Origin: Chiloscyllium plagiosum
Lineage: Eukaryota
Length of the DNA stretch: 64,000 bases
Reading direction: 5' to 3'
Assembly: GCF_004010195.1 (NCBI RefSeq)
Contig: NC_057752.1
Location: 991,330-1,055,329, forward strand
The stretch's first letter is position 1. Each line of letters begins with the position of its first letter. The position numbers and the translations under genes were made by a program. This document shows, in pieces, positions 1 through 10,814 of the stretch. The notes below the pieces were generated by a model that did not search any database, was not told the origin of the DNA, and saw only the letters and a program-made list of their open reading frames with translations.

Positions 1-135
1 TTCAGGAACCTGAAGAAGGGCTTATGCCCGAAACGTCGATTCTCCTGTTCCCTGGATGCTGCCTGACCTGCTGTGCTTTTCCAGCAACACATTTTCAGCT
101 CTGATCTCCAGCATCTGCAGACCTCACTTTCTCCT
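1..135 (+). mobile_element. Penelope-like element 3' end (pLTR fragment)
   Basis: Same sequence family as the end attached to the Penelope-type ORF at 39970-41087; contains a hammerhead core. Confidence 0.75.
10..37 (+). ncRNA. Minimal hammerhead ribozyme core (Penelope-type)
   Basis: CTGAAGA-a-gggc(ttat)gccc-GAAA-cgtc gives CUGANGA, stem II, GAAA and a UC cleavage site. Confidence 0.7.
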
Positions 136-138
136 CGA

Positions 139-318
139 AGTGGCGCTGGTACAATTGTGACATTTAAAAGGCATCTGGATGGGTGTATGAATAGGAAGGG
201 TTTGGAGGGATATGGGCTAGGTGCTGGCAGGTGGGACTAGATTGGGTTGGGATATCTGGTCGGCATGGACGGGTAGGACCGAAGGGTCTGTTTCCATGCT
301 GTACCTCTCTATGACTCC
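139..318 (+). mobile_element. CR1-clade LINE 3' end
   Basis: Matches the end of the CR1 RT copy at 61985-62910 (FKRHLDG..NRKGLEGYG, then ctctatgactc tail). Confidence 0.8.
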
Positions 319-1169
319 CACGTCCCCCTCACTCTGTCCACTTACCCCATCACCTCCTCAGACTTGCTTCATGCCCCCTGTCCCAAACCTACCTACCTCC
401 CTCTCACCTCACCTCACCTTCCCAGTCTCATCTTACCAAGCTCTTGTGATACTCAGGAATAAAACAGCAAAAACTGCTTCGGTCTTGCCATAAGTGCTCC
501 AAATTATCACTTGATTTTGTGATATTTGATTCAAATAGATAACACATTTGTTCCAGAACATAGAGAAGAAGAGTCAGAATTGTCAGGAGTAAATCATTGC
601 AGCCTTATTTCCAAAAATTGTCAATTCTAGTTCCTTCTTGTGTATTGCCTAACTCCTTTGCAGAAAATTGCGATTTTGTAAAATAGTGTGCAACCTCTAC
701 TTACAATTGAAAGTCTATCCTCCCCCACCCCCAGGTTTTATTTCAGGAATATAAATGGGGAAAGAGATGTAACCCTGGCTGATGACATTGTAAAGGAAGT
801 AAAAACAGGTTTTCTGCTGTTACATAATCGCCCTTCCCTTCTATAACACGCGCTGCTTGTCATTCTATTCCCTCTTTTGCCTTGTGACGTTACTTAAAAG
901 CCTCCACAAAGGGTCATGATTTCAACACGAAGGTGCTCAGTAAGCGGCCACAGCGAACAAATTTGGCCACTGGTCGTGTCTGAGACAGCTTTCCATCTCA
1001 TTGCGTCAGTGACCCCTCGTCCTTCCTTAATCCAACATGAAACCATCAAAATCCGTTTCAGGCCAGCTTCAGATATAGAGAAGGGACCATAGCTCAACAC
1101 GTAGCGTCTGTGAGAGAATTGTCAAAGAATCCGAATTCGGATCCAAAACAAACTCGGGGTTGACACAAT

Positions 1170-1370
1170 AGGAGAAAGTGAGGGCTGTAGATGCTGGAGA
1201 TCAGAGCTGAAAATGTGTTGCTGGAAAAGTGCAGCAGGTCAGGCAGCATCCAGGGAACAGGAGAATCGACATTTCGGGCATAAGCCCTTTTCCAGGAATG
1301 AGGAAAGTTTGTCCAGCAGGCTAAGATAAAAGGTAGGGAGGAGGGACTTGGGGGAGGGGCGTCAGAATAG
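1170..1370 (-). mobile_element. Penelope-like 3' end
   Basis: Reverse complement of the family at 1-135; degenerate hammerhead core near 1268-1295. Confidence 0.7.
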
Positions 1371-1377
1371 ACCGAAT

Positions 1378-1600
1378 TGGTGGCACAGTGGTTAGCACTG
1401 CTGCCTCACAGCGCCAAAGACCCGGGTTCAATTCCCGCCTCAGGCGACTGACTGTGTGGAGTTTACACATTCTCCCCGTGTCTGCGTGGGTTTCCTCCCA
1501 CAGTACAAAAAATGTGCAGGTCAGGGGGAATGGGTCTGGGTGGGTTGCGCTTTGGAGTGGACATGTTGGCCCTGTTTCCACATTGTAAATAATCTAATCT
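1378..1600 (+). mobile_element. HE1-like V-SINE (tRNA-derived), internally deleted
   Basis: A box tggcacagtgg, B box ggttcaattcc, V-domain tgtggagttt..attctccccgtgtctgcgtgggtttcctcc. Confidence 0.8.
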
Positions 1601-1871
1601 AGAAAAAATTGCGAAGGAACCAAGGATAGACTGCCTCAAAGGACAAAACACTAGGGTCTCTTGTATATCTACTCCCCTCAAGAAATGGTACCTTCCAGGT
1701 CAATTTGTTTCGGCACTACCACCGAACCTCCACGTCTTGCCGGAGAGAAGGTAGAAAAGACGTGAGAGACCCATAACATGAGGCGCAGATCAAGCTTTTT
1801 TTTTCCCCTCGCCGCGGAAATCATGCGAGAAAAAGTTGGCCACTGAGGCGAAACATAAAGTGATTCCTTAC

Positions 1872-2287
1872 CGGTTCACCGCGACGGGGCACCACCACCC
1901 TCCAACTTTACTCCAAGCCCGTACCGCCACCGAGTTCGGCCCCGAGTCCCTCTTCTGCTCGCTAACCATTGGTTCCGGTGCCAACCCCTCGTTACCCATT
2001 GGCTCCGGTTCCGCCTCATCGGTGCTCATTGACTTTGGCCCCTCGCTGCTCATTGGCCCAGACCCCAGACCCTCGTTGTTCATTGGCCTCGGTCCCGCCT
2101 CTTTGCTGTTCATTAGCCCCAGCCCCTCGCTTTTCATTGGCCCCGACCCTCGCCCCGCCTCCTTGCTGTTCATTGGCTTCGGCGCCACCTCCTCGCTGTT
2201 CAGTGGCTTAAGCCCCAGCCCCTCAATGCTCATTAGCCCCAGCGCCTCGATGTGCATTGGCTCCGACCCCGGGCTCTCAATGTTCAT
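1872..2287 (-). CDS. Putative first coding exon of an unidentified gene with N-terminal ~10-aa repeats (EGLGxxPMNS)
   Basis: ATG-initiated ORF in a CpG-rich island. Its stop lies inside a consensus donor CG|GTAAGG (1872/1871). Repeat spacings inside the ORF are all multiples of 3. Product not recognised. Confidence 0.5.
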
Positions 2288-2330
2288 TGGCCCTAGCCCC
2301 GACCCGCCCCCTCACTGCCCATTGGCCCGC
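1960..2330. repeat. Diverged ~30-bp tandem repeat, 13 units
   Basis: CATT(G/A)G-type cores at 1968, 1998, 2028, 2052, 2082, 2112, 2136, 2172, 2202, 2232, 2256, 2286, 2321. Confidence 0.9.
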
Positions 2331-2789
2331 TTGCACGCCTGCTGTTTGCCCGTCTGCATCCGTAGACCTCCAGGCACAGCGCCACTTGCAGGAGCAGATG
2401 AAGCTGCAATTGTTTGAAGGTGTGTGTGAAGTTGCATGAAGTTTTGTGTCAACTACTTTATACCACACAAACCAAACACCAGGGTTCATTTTCACAGAAA
2501 CACAGAGATTGTATTGAATAGAAACAGAACATAGTGGAAATATTCAGCAAATCTAAGAATGCTAAGGAGAGCAAAAACGGAAAGTGTTGGAGAAGCTCAG
2601 TAGGTCTGGCAGCATCTGTAGAGAGAGAAATAGAGTTAACGTTTCAGGTCCAGTGACCCTTCAAAACTAGAAATAGGTAGTAATTGATGCTGACGTTGGG
2701 GACAGAAAGGAGAGAGCAGGAAGGTAGAGACAAAGCCCAGAGATCATAAGACACCAGAGCAGAATTAGACCATTTGGCCCATAAAGAAG

Positions 2790-3016
2790 GAGAAGGTGAG
2801 GACTGCAAATGCTGGAGATCAGAGTTGAGAACATGGTGCTGGAAAAGCACAGCAGGTCAGGCAGCATCCGAGGGGCAGGAGAATCGACGTTTCGGGCAAG
2901 AGCCCTTCATCAGGATGATTTCATTCCTGATGAAGGGCTCTTGCCTGAAAGATCGATCCTCCTGCTCCTCTGATGCTGCCTGACTTGCTGGGCTTTTGCA
3001 GCACCACACTCTCAAC
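2790..3016. mobile_element. Penelope-end hairpin insertion (inverted copies, two hammerhead cores)
   Basis: Arms about 2824-2915 and 2924-3016 are reverse complements. CTGATGA..GAAA cores at 2886-2913 (-) and 2927-2954 (+). Confidence 0.8.
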
Positions 3017-3295
3017 ATTTGACCCTTCAAGTCTTTCCGCCATTCGATCATGGCTGATGTTTCACAACCCCATTCTCCTGCCTTCTCCCGTGATCCCGTT
3101 ACCAATTAAGAACACATTAACAAGGTACCACACAGGATGCTGTGCAGGCCAAGTTATTGAGTAATTAAGACAGAGATAAAGGCCTTCTGGAAATCCAATT
3201 GTCTAACTTGCTACCTCCTCAAAGAATTCTAATAGATTTGTCAGGCAAGACCTTCCTTTAATGAAGCCGTGCGGACTCAGCTCTGTTTTACCATG

Positions 3296-4547
3296 TTAAA
3301 AATCACACAACACCAGGTTATAGTCCAACAGGTTTAATTGTAAGTACACTAGCTTTCAGAGCAACACTTCTTCATCAGGTGCTAGTGGAGGGCCCAATCC
3401 TAACACAGAATTTACAGCTGAAAAATTACGCAATGTTCTTCGTGACCTGCAACACATAATCAATGAGGATGAGCATCTCACCAAGACGTTCCCCACACCT
3501 CCACTACTTGCCTCTAAACAACTGCCAAACCTCAAACAGATCGTTGTTCGTAGCAAGCTGCCCGGCTCTCAGGACAACTCCATACAACCCTGTCACGGTG
3601 CGCTGCAAGACATGTCAGAGTGTGGACATAGATACCACCATTACGTATGGGGACACCTCCCACCTTGTACATGGCAGGTACTCATGTGACTCAGCCAACG
3701 TTGTCTATCTTATACGTTGCAGGCAAGGATGCCCTGAGGCATGGTACATTGGGGAAACTGAGCAAAGGCTACGACAACGGTTGAATGGGCACCGCACAAC
3801 AATCAACAGACAGGAGGGTTCNNNNNNNNNNNNNNNNNNNNNNNNNNNNNNNNNNNNNNNNNNNNNNNNNNNNNNNNNNNNNNNNNNNNNNNNNNNNNNN
3901 NNNNNNNNNNNNNNNNNNNNNNNNNNNNNNNNNNNNNNNNNNNNNNNNNNNNNNNNNNNNNNNNNNNNNNNNNNNNNNNNNNNNNNNNNNNNNNNNNNNN
4001 NNNNNNNNNNNNNNNNNTTACTGCTCCTCGGATGCTGCCTGAACTGCTGTGCTCTTCCAGCACCACTAATCCAGAGAACACAGAGGGCCAACACCTTCAA
4101 CATATTGGTAAAAAGAATGACTGCAGATGCTGGAAACCAGATTCTGGATCAGTGGTGCTGGAAGAGCACAGCAATTCAGGCAGCATCCGAGGACAGGCAA
4201 AATCGACGTTTCTATCACCATTGTTAACAGCTAACCCGAGAATGCAACTTTTTTAAAAAAAGGTTTTGTGATTTACACATGAAAGAAGTGAAACTATCAC
4301 TGTATTCTAACAGATGAAAGGCTTAACAGACAATCAATTTTTTAATGTATAATTTCAGTTACATCACACTGTAAATTTTTGCTATGAATTCTGTGTTAGT
4401 ATTGACCCCTCCACTATCACCCGATGAAGGAGCGTCGCTCCGAAAGCTAGTGTGCTTCCAATTAAACCTGTTGGACTATAACCTGGTGTTGTGTGATTTT
4501 TTTAACTTTGTACACCCCAGTCCAACACCAGCATCTCCAAATCATGA
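3296..4547 (+). mobile_element. Penelope-like element with GIY-YIG endonuclease remnant and inverted ends, nested in a CR1 fragment
   Basis: ORF 3463.. has CDSANVVYLIRC...WYIGETEQRLRQRLNGH (GIY-YIG). Ends at about 3296-3395 and 4405-4505 are inverted. TSD ct(g/a)ttttaccatg at 3283-3295 and 4548-4560. Host CR1 RT sequence (minus) lies at about 3170-3295 and 4560-4780. Confidence 0.85.
3822..4017. other. Assembly gap (N run)
   Basis: Run of N. Confidence 1.
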
Positions 4548-4929
4548 CTATTTTACCATGCACTTCCAAGTACTCTGCGATCTCATCCTTCATAAAATCT
4601 TACCATCGACAGAGGTCAGGCTAAGTGGCCAATAGTTTCCTGTCTTCTGCCACCCTCCCTTCTTAAACAGGGATCTTATATTCTCCATTTGCCAGTTCTC
4701 TGGGACCCTCCCTGACTCCAGTGATTCATGAAAAATCATTACCAATGCTATTGCAATCTCCTAGTAGCAATCTCCTTCAGCACTTTGGGAAAGAGAGTGA
4801 AAAAATAAAAGAGAGTGAAAAAGATAAAGAATTGTTGACAGTAGGCCAGGAAAGAAGAAAAGATAGATTGGTGATAATCGGGACTTTGAGTAGCGAAAAT
4901 GGGTTGACTGTGCTGAAAATAATTGATTT

Positions 4930-6680
4930 CATGACAAGACCTGGGTTTGTGGGGGTAGATAATAAGGAAGGAGTGTTATGGACCAGACCAAATGCCCTCA
5001 AATTATTCAGAAAGCAGACTATCCCTAACGGTTTCTTATTTTAAAGGTAAGTGCCAGGCATTGTATTCCAGATGCTATTGAATTGGTCAGAGTACTCAAT
5101 GTGAAGCAAAACACACTTTATTTTGACACTACAATTAAAATACAGACAAAAGTTTGAAAAATTGGCTGAATTATAACTCCATCGAAATGCTTAACAAAAT
5201 AATTAATATACTACTAATTAACTGTTCCAATATGGTATGTCCTTTTTTCTAAAAGCTGTTCCTTTTCTCAAGGATACTGTGTCCTTGGTTTTTCTCAGAG
5301 GGGTCGTAAAACAGTCCGGGCTCCGAAACTACTGGTTTGGTACAGAGATGAAAGGGTTTACTGAGAGGCCTTTTTGTTTATATGTAAACAGATGAGACAT
5401 TAAACCAAAACTTTTATGTTTTAGAAGTAACCTGTATAATGAAAGGAGAGTGGTCAATCCTGGAAGCTGAATTCTTGTTTTTTAGTTCGGTGCAGCAGGG
5501 GCTGTATGTGAAACAGGCTGCTGAACTCTCTCTCCTTCTGCCCTTCTAACATCAACCTGTAAGCCTCTGTGTTTAAGGAGGTTTTGTTTATTGGGACTGT
5601 TGTGTATTTTCGGAACAGCATAATTAAGTCTAGTCTGGATAGACTGAGTTCTGTGGGTATTCTATCTTCTGTTCTTTGTGTTTCATTCCGTAATTTTGTG
5701 AATAAATGTTTGTCTGTTTTAAGACCTGGTGAAAGTGAGTACTGCAGCTGCTGGAAATCAGAGTCTATATTAGAGTGGTGCTGGAAAAACACAGCAGGTC
5801 AGGCAGCATCCGAGGAGCAGGAAAATTGACGTTTCAGGCAAAAGCCCTTCATCAGGAATGAAGGCAGGGAGCCTCCAGGATGGAGAGATAAATGGGAGGG
5901 GGTGGGGCTGAGGAGAAGGTAGCAAAGAGTACAATAGGTGGATGGGGGTCGGGATGAAGGTGATAGGTCAGAGAGGAGGGTGGAGCAGATAGGTGGGAAG
6001 GAAGATTGGCAGGTAAGACAGGTGCTGAGCTGGAAGGTTGGAACTGGGGTAAGGTGGGGGCTGGGGAAATGAGGAAACTGGTGAAGTCTCTTAAAACCTG
6101 GTAGTCAACCTAGCTAACTTACTCCGGATCATTTTCATTGTTCACTTACGGAAACAAATAGCGAAGTTACAGTCTGGGTTGCCTGCTTAAGAATGTTTTG
6201 AGTAGTCTGGCCTCGTCCATAACAAGTAACATCCCATAAACACACCCTTGGCAAAAAGCAAAATTCAGTAAAATAGATTATCTTACAGGCAATTCTCCAG
6301 TCCAGGAGGTAAAACATCAAGAGAAAGCTCTGAGAGAGAGAGTGTAGCAGGAAACTGTGTGTGTGTGTGTGTGAGAGAGTGTGTGAGTGTGTGAGAGAGA
6401 GAGAGAGAGAAGGGAGAGATGTACTGCAGCTCCCAAACCCAGCTTCAAGAAAACTCAAAATCAGCAACTGCCACTGAGAAACTAAAACTAAAAATCCTGG
6501 CTCTGTGGGAGCTTGACCGCCCCCATTCAGGCTACTTCTATTGTTCCAAATTTTTTTTAAATCTCCAAGGTCTCACAAGGTGTTTACGTTATTCAATTCA
6601 AATAGACAGCACGTTTCCTCTGTCTTAAAACTTCTCTTCAATAAAAAAAAGTACAACATACACCTCTTAAAGCTACAATA
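4930..6680. mobile_element. Nested LTR-like elements (probable solo LTRs) with an inserted Penelope end
   Basis: Inner segment about 5238-6224 runs TG...ATAACA with AATAAA at 5701. Penelope end 5731-6090 is flanked by ttaa(g/a)acctggt at 5719-5730 and 6091-6102. Confidence 0.45.
6357..6418. repeat. (GT)n/(GA)n microsatellite
   Basis: Directly visible. Confidence 0.9.
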
Positions 6681-6799
6681 GGCTTAAGTGCATTAGTCAG
6701 GGGAATGGATCTGAGTGGGATACTCTTCGGAAGGTCGATGTGGACTTGTTGGGCCAAATGCCCTGTTCCACACTGTAGGGATTCTATGATCACAGGAGG

Positions 6800-7290
6800 T
6801 GGTCATGCTCTGAAATTGTTATACTCGATGTTGAGTCCTGAAAACGGTAAGATATTTAAAGAAGATGAGGTGTTGTTTCTCCAACTTATACTGAGCTTTG
6901 CTGGAGCTCTGTAACAAGCCTCACAGAATGTTAGCGTGGGAACACAGTGAAGTGTTGAAGTAGCAGGTAACTGGAAACTCAGGGCCATTTTTACAGACAT
7001 AACATTGGTGCTCTGCAAAGTGGTACCCAGTCTGCACTTCATCTCTCCAATGTTGAGAAGACTGCATTGTGAGCAGCAAGTACAATAAACTGGATTGAGT
7101 GAAGTGCAGGTAAATTGCTGCTTCAACTGGAAAGTGTTTCTGGGATCTTGGATAGTGAGGAGGGAGGAGGTCACCCTTCTGTGATTGCATGGGATGGTGC
7201 CGTGGGGTTGTGGACAAATATTGGGAGTGGAGGAGGAGTGGACCAGAGTGTCTCAGAGAGAATGGTCCCTGGGTAATGTTGTCAGGGGAG
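6800..7290 (-). mobile_element. Decayed Penelope GIY-YIG fragment
   Basis: ORF 6803-7174 contains FTCTSLNPVYCTCCSQCSLLNIGEMKCRLG, a degenerate Penelope GIY-YIG motif. Confidence 0.75.
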
Positions 7291-7754
7291 GGGAGAGTTT
7301 CTGTTCTCTAGCAATTTTGGTTTTTATTTGTTTCAGATCTCCAGCATCCACAAATCTATGTTTTACTTTCAGCTTCCTTGGACTTCTGTTCATTGCAAAT
7401 TCATAACGAAAGACTATTATACATGGTAATTTGAAATATCTTTTTATTAAGTTATTAATACTATTTTCTACATGCACTTCTATTTTCTCAATCATATGGT
7501 TAGAATTCAACCAACTAACGAACACTGCTTAAGTTGCTTGCTTACATGAGAGGTTGGGATCTGAATGCCTGAAACTGGTGAGGTACATTCAATCACAGCT
7601 TTCAAGGGGGAATGGAATTGTTATCCGAAGAGGAGAAAAATCGGGCCACAGTGGAAAACAGGGAGGGGCACTCAGGTGAATTGTCTTGCAGAGGGCTGAC
7701 ATAGACACAATAGCCCGAACGGCCTTTGTATTTGTAACCTTCTACAATTGAATT

Positions 7755-8400
7755 CCTATAGCAGCAAGACCAGAATTGCATGCAGTATTCTAATAGTGGC
7801 CTAACCAATGTCCTGTACAGCCGCAACATGACCTCCCAACTCCTGTACTCAATGCACTGACCAATGAAGGCAAGCATACCAAACACCTTCTTCACTATCC
7901 TATCTACCTCTGACTCTGCTTTTAAGGAGCTACGAACCTGCACTCCAAGGTCATTTTGTTCAGCAACACTCCCCAGGACTTTACCAATGTTTGTATAAGT
8001 TCTGCTCTGATTTGCCTTTCCAAAATGCAGCACCTCATATTTATCTAAACTCCATCTGCCACTCCTTGGCCCATCGGATCAAGATCCCGTTGTAATCTGA
8101 GGTAACCAGTCCACCGCTCTGCCCTCATGAATTCTCTTTGTTACTTCTTCAAAAAACTCAAATCAAGTTTGTGAGATATGTTTTCCCATGCACAAAGCCA
8201 TGTTGACTATCCCTAATCAGCCCTTGCCTTTCCAAATACATGTACATCCTGTCCCTCATGATTCCTTCCAACAACTTGCCATGACCGACATCAGGCTCAC
8301 CGGTCTATAGTTCCCTGGCTTAGCCTTACCACTTTTCTTCAATAGTGGCAACCTCCAGTCTTCCGACACCTCACCTGTAGCTATTGATGATGCAAATATC
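7755..8400 (-). mobile_element. CR1 LINE RT fragments
   Basis: LYRTLVRPLLEYCMQFWS and KPGNYRPVSL motifs in ORFs 7602-8033 and 8256-8483. Confidence 0.9.
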
Positions 8401-8404
8401 TCAG

Positions 8405-8920
8405 CAGTGGCTTTTGTCGAGATTTGTCGAGCAGCGCCGTGACGCGGGACTCCATGCTCTACGGTCTGTTCCTCGGGACGCACACCGAGACCAATATCAA
8501 CTGTGCCTGGAGGATCATCAACTCGGTCAAAGACGCTCTTTGGTCTGTCTGAAACCTGTTGATCTTCCAGCTGAAGGAGTTGACCCTGACTGAGTGTTGC
8601 AGACTGGCACTTCCAAGGTCCAGGACTACGTGTTGAGGGACACGCTGAAGCTTGGGGCAGCTGCTGCCTAGGTGGGGTGGGGAAAGGCCACCATCTAAGG
8701 TCTGCCTGCCTAAGAAGAACAGGGGGCCCACTCAGACATTGGGTCCCGCTGATGCCTCAGCAAAATATCTGGATGGTCAATGTACAGACTTGTACATATG
8801 AATGATTAATGAACGATCTCTGTATGTAAAGAAATGCAATGTGTGCATAAGAATGGCATGACCAATTGTATAGATATCAAAATAATTTTATGAATAAAGT
8901 ATATTTTTGAAATAAAAAAA
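8405..8920 (+). mobile_element. Tx1/L1-like LINE 3' end with poly(A)
   Basis: Translates GTHTETNINCAWRIINSVKDALWS..LLIFQLKELT..ECCRLA..VQDYVLRD.LKLG (Tx1-type ORF2 C-terminus). Ends aataaa..gaaataaaaaaa. Confidence 0.65.
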
Positions 8921-9034
8921 TCACACTGATGATTGTGGGAGCTTGCTGTGTGCAAATTGGCTGTCACAATTCCTACATTACAGGGGCGATTACACTGCAA
9001 AAGTACTTCATTGACTGCCAAGTGTTTCAGTTGT

Positions 9035-9335
9035 GGGTGGCATGGTGTCTCAGTGGTTAGCACTGCTGTCTCACAGCACCAAGGACCCGGGTTTGATTCC
9101 AGCCTCGGGCGGACTGTCTGTGTGGAGTTTGCATGTTCTGCCCATGTCTGCATGGGTTTTCCTCTCACAGTCCAAAGATGCGCAGGTTAGGTGAATTAGC
9201 GATGCTAAATTGTTCAGGGATGTGTAGGTTAGTAAGGGATAAATGTAGAGAATGGTTTTGGGTGGGATACTCTTTGGAGGATTGGTGTGGACTTGTTGGG
9301 CTGAAGGGCCTGTTTCCATACTGTAGGGAGTCTAT
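9035..9335 (+). mobile_element. HE1-like V-SINE
   Basis: tRNA head, V-domain and CR1-like tail as in 10508-10812. Confidence 0.8.
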
Positions 9336-10507
9336 AAGAATATCTTTAGATGGTATGTTCTTTCTTTCTTGATTAGTGAAGTTCATCTACACTATAAAGT
9401 TTTGGCTGTCCTGGTAAACCTGATGAGAAGCTGTTTTGCCAATGTTGTGTACGATGGGGAAATAAAGGGAGAATTCACATATTCCGGAACAGCAAGGGAG
9501 CGGTTTCAGATCGGACTCTTGTACCCCAGCAAAGAAAAATTATGGACCAATTTAAAGAGACCCTCTATCTTCACTCAATTGCAATGCTATCATTTAGCCA
9601 TCTCAAGGTCTGAACACTATCCAAACTTTGCTCTCAGTTCATGTCACTTGACTTTTTCCATTTCTTTGTGTCTTTTTTAAACTAATTTTTACACTGAAGA
9701 AACAAGTGCTCTTTGTTCTAATATTCTGCCACAAGAGGGAGATGTTGCATTGCATTGTACTGTAACAACAATTCAACTGACTGCATGTGATTTCAGAGTA
9801 GGGCCAAAACAAAATCAGCCCTTCGTTGTTATTTACATTTATGTTGTATTATTGTGTTGCAATCACTTGCAAAAATTTAACAGTTTATAAAAAAGGAAGT
9901 GCCCTGCAGGCACCATGTGTTTAAGCTCTGCTGTGTGGTGAACAGTGACAACTTTGACCTTGGGACTGCAGACCTCCTTATAATTTTAGATGTTTAGGCT
10001 ATTGACAATTAAGTCCCAAACCTCTCCTACTTTCACAGTGCTTCTTAAAACCTGACCTTTAGACCAAGGTTTCGGTCACCTGCCCTGAAATGTGCTTATA
10101 TGGCTCAGTGCCAAACTTTGTTAAGCGCCCACCTTTGTGTGTTAAAGATGGAACATAAAGGCAAGTTGTTGCTGATAGGTCCAAATGGAAGGCAGGCACT
10201 GTAAAAGGAAATGTATCAAATGAAGAAGCACTCAGTTCGTAGCTTTACACACAGTGAAAATGAGGTCCAACTGCAGTTTGGGCTAACATCTAGGTAAATA
10301 ACACTGGCGACAATAGTTGATGCAGCAACCTCGCCTTACACTCATTGCTTCCACTGTGATTGAAGGCATGGCAGTGAAATGTGTAAATGACACAGAGGCA
10401 GATAGCATGTTGTAATGCCAAGGAAAGACAGGTTAAGCGAGTGGGGGAAAATCTGGCAGATGGAGTATATTATGGGAAAATATGAACCCGGGTCTCTGGC
10501 GCTTGTG

Positions 10508-10812
10508 GGCAGCACGGTGGCACAGTGGTTAGCACTGCTGCCTCAGCGCCAGAGACCCGGGTTCAATTCCCAACTCAGGCGACTGACTGTGTGGAGTTTG
10601 CAAATTCTCCCCGTGTCTGCGTGGGTTTCCTCCGGGTGCTCCAGTTTCCTCCCATAGTCCAAAGATGTGCAGGTCAGGTGAATTGGCCATGCTAAATTGC
10701 CCGTAGTGTTAGGTAAAAAGGGGTATATGTAGGGGTATGGGTGGTTGCGCTTCAGTGGGTCGGTGTGGACTTGTTTGGCCGAAGGGCCTGTTTCCACACT
10801 GTAAGTAATCTA
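10508..10812 (+). mobile_element. HE1-like V-SINE, near full length
   Basis: ggcagcacggtggcacagtggttagc head, B box, full V-domain, tail gaagggcctgtttccacactgt..taatctaa. Confidence 0.85.
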
Positions 10813-10814
10813 AG

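Larger units (their letters stand above)
1700..2400. promoter_or_regulatory. CpG-island-like promoter/first-exon region with CCAAT array and GC box
   Basis: CpG-dense relative to the rest of the window. Nine exact CCAAT (forward ATTGG) cores at 1968-2325; CCCGCCCC at about 2303; minus-strand splice donor at 1871. Confidence 0.65.

Noticed and set aside
437..604. Possible second exon of the unknown gene (donor TTG|GTAAGA at 437/436, open frames)
   Set aside because: No convincing acceptor in the phase required by the 1872 exon, and no recognisable protein.
1960..2330. CRISPR-like regularly spaced repeats
   Set aside because: Eukaryotic context, degenerate contiguous units without unique spacers, no cas genes.
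1836..2417. 193-aa plus-strand ORF over the repeat array
   Set aside because: TTG start and no plus-strand splice support; explained as the antisense shadow of frame-preserving repeats.
10508..10580. tRNA gene
   Set aside because: A/B boxes run straight into the V-SINE body; this is a SINE head, not a full cloverleaf tRNA.
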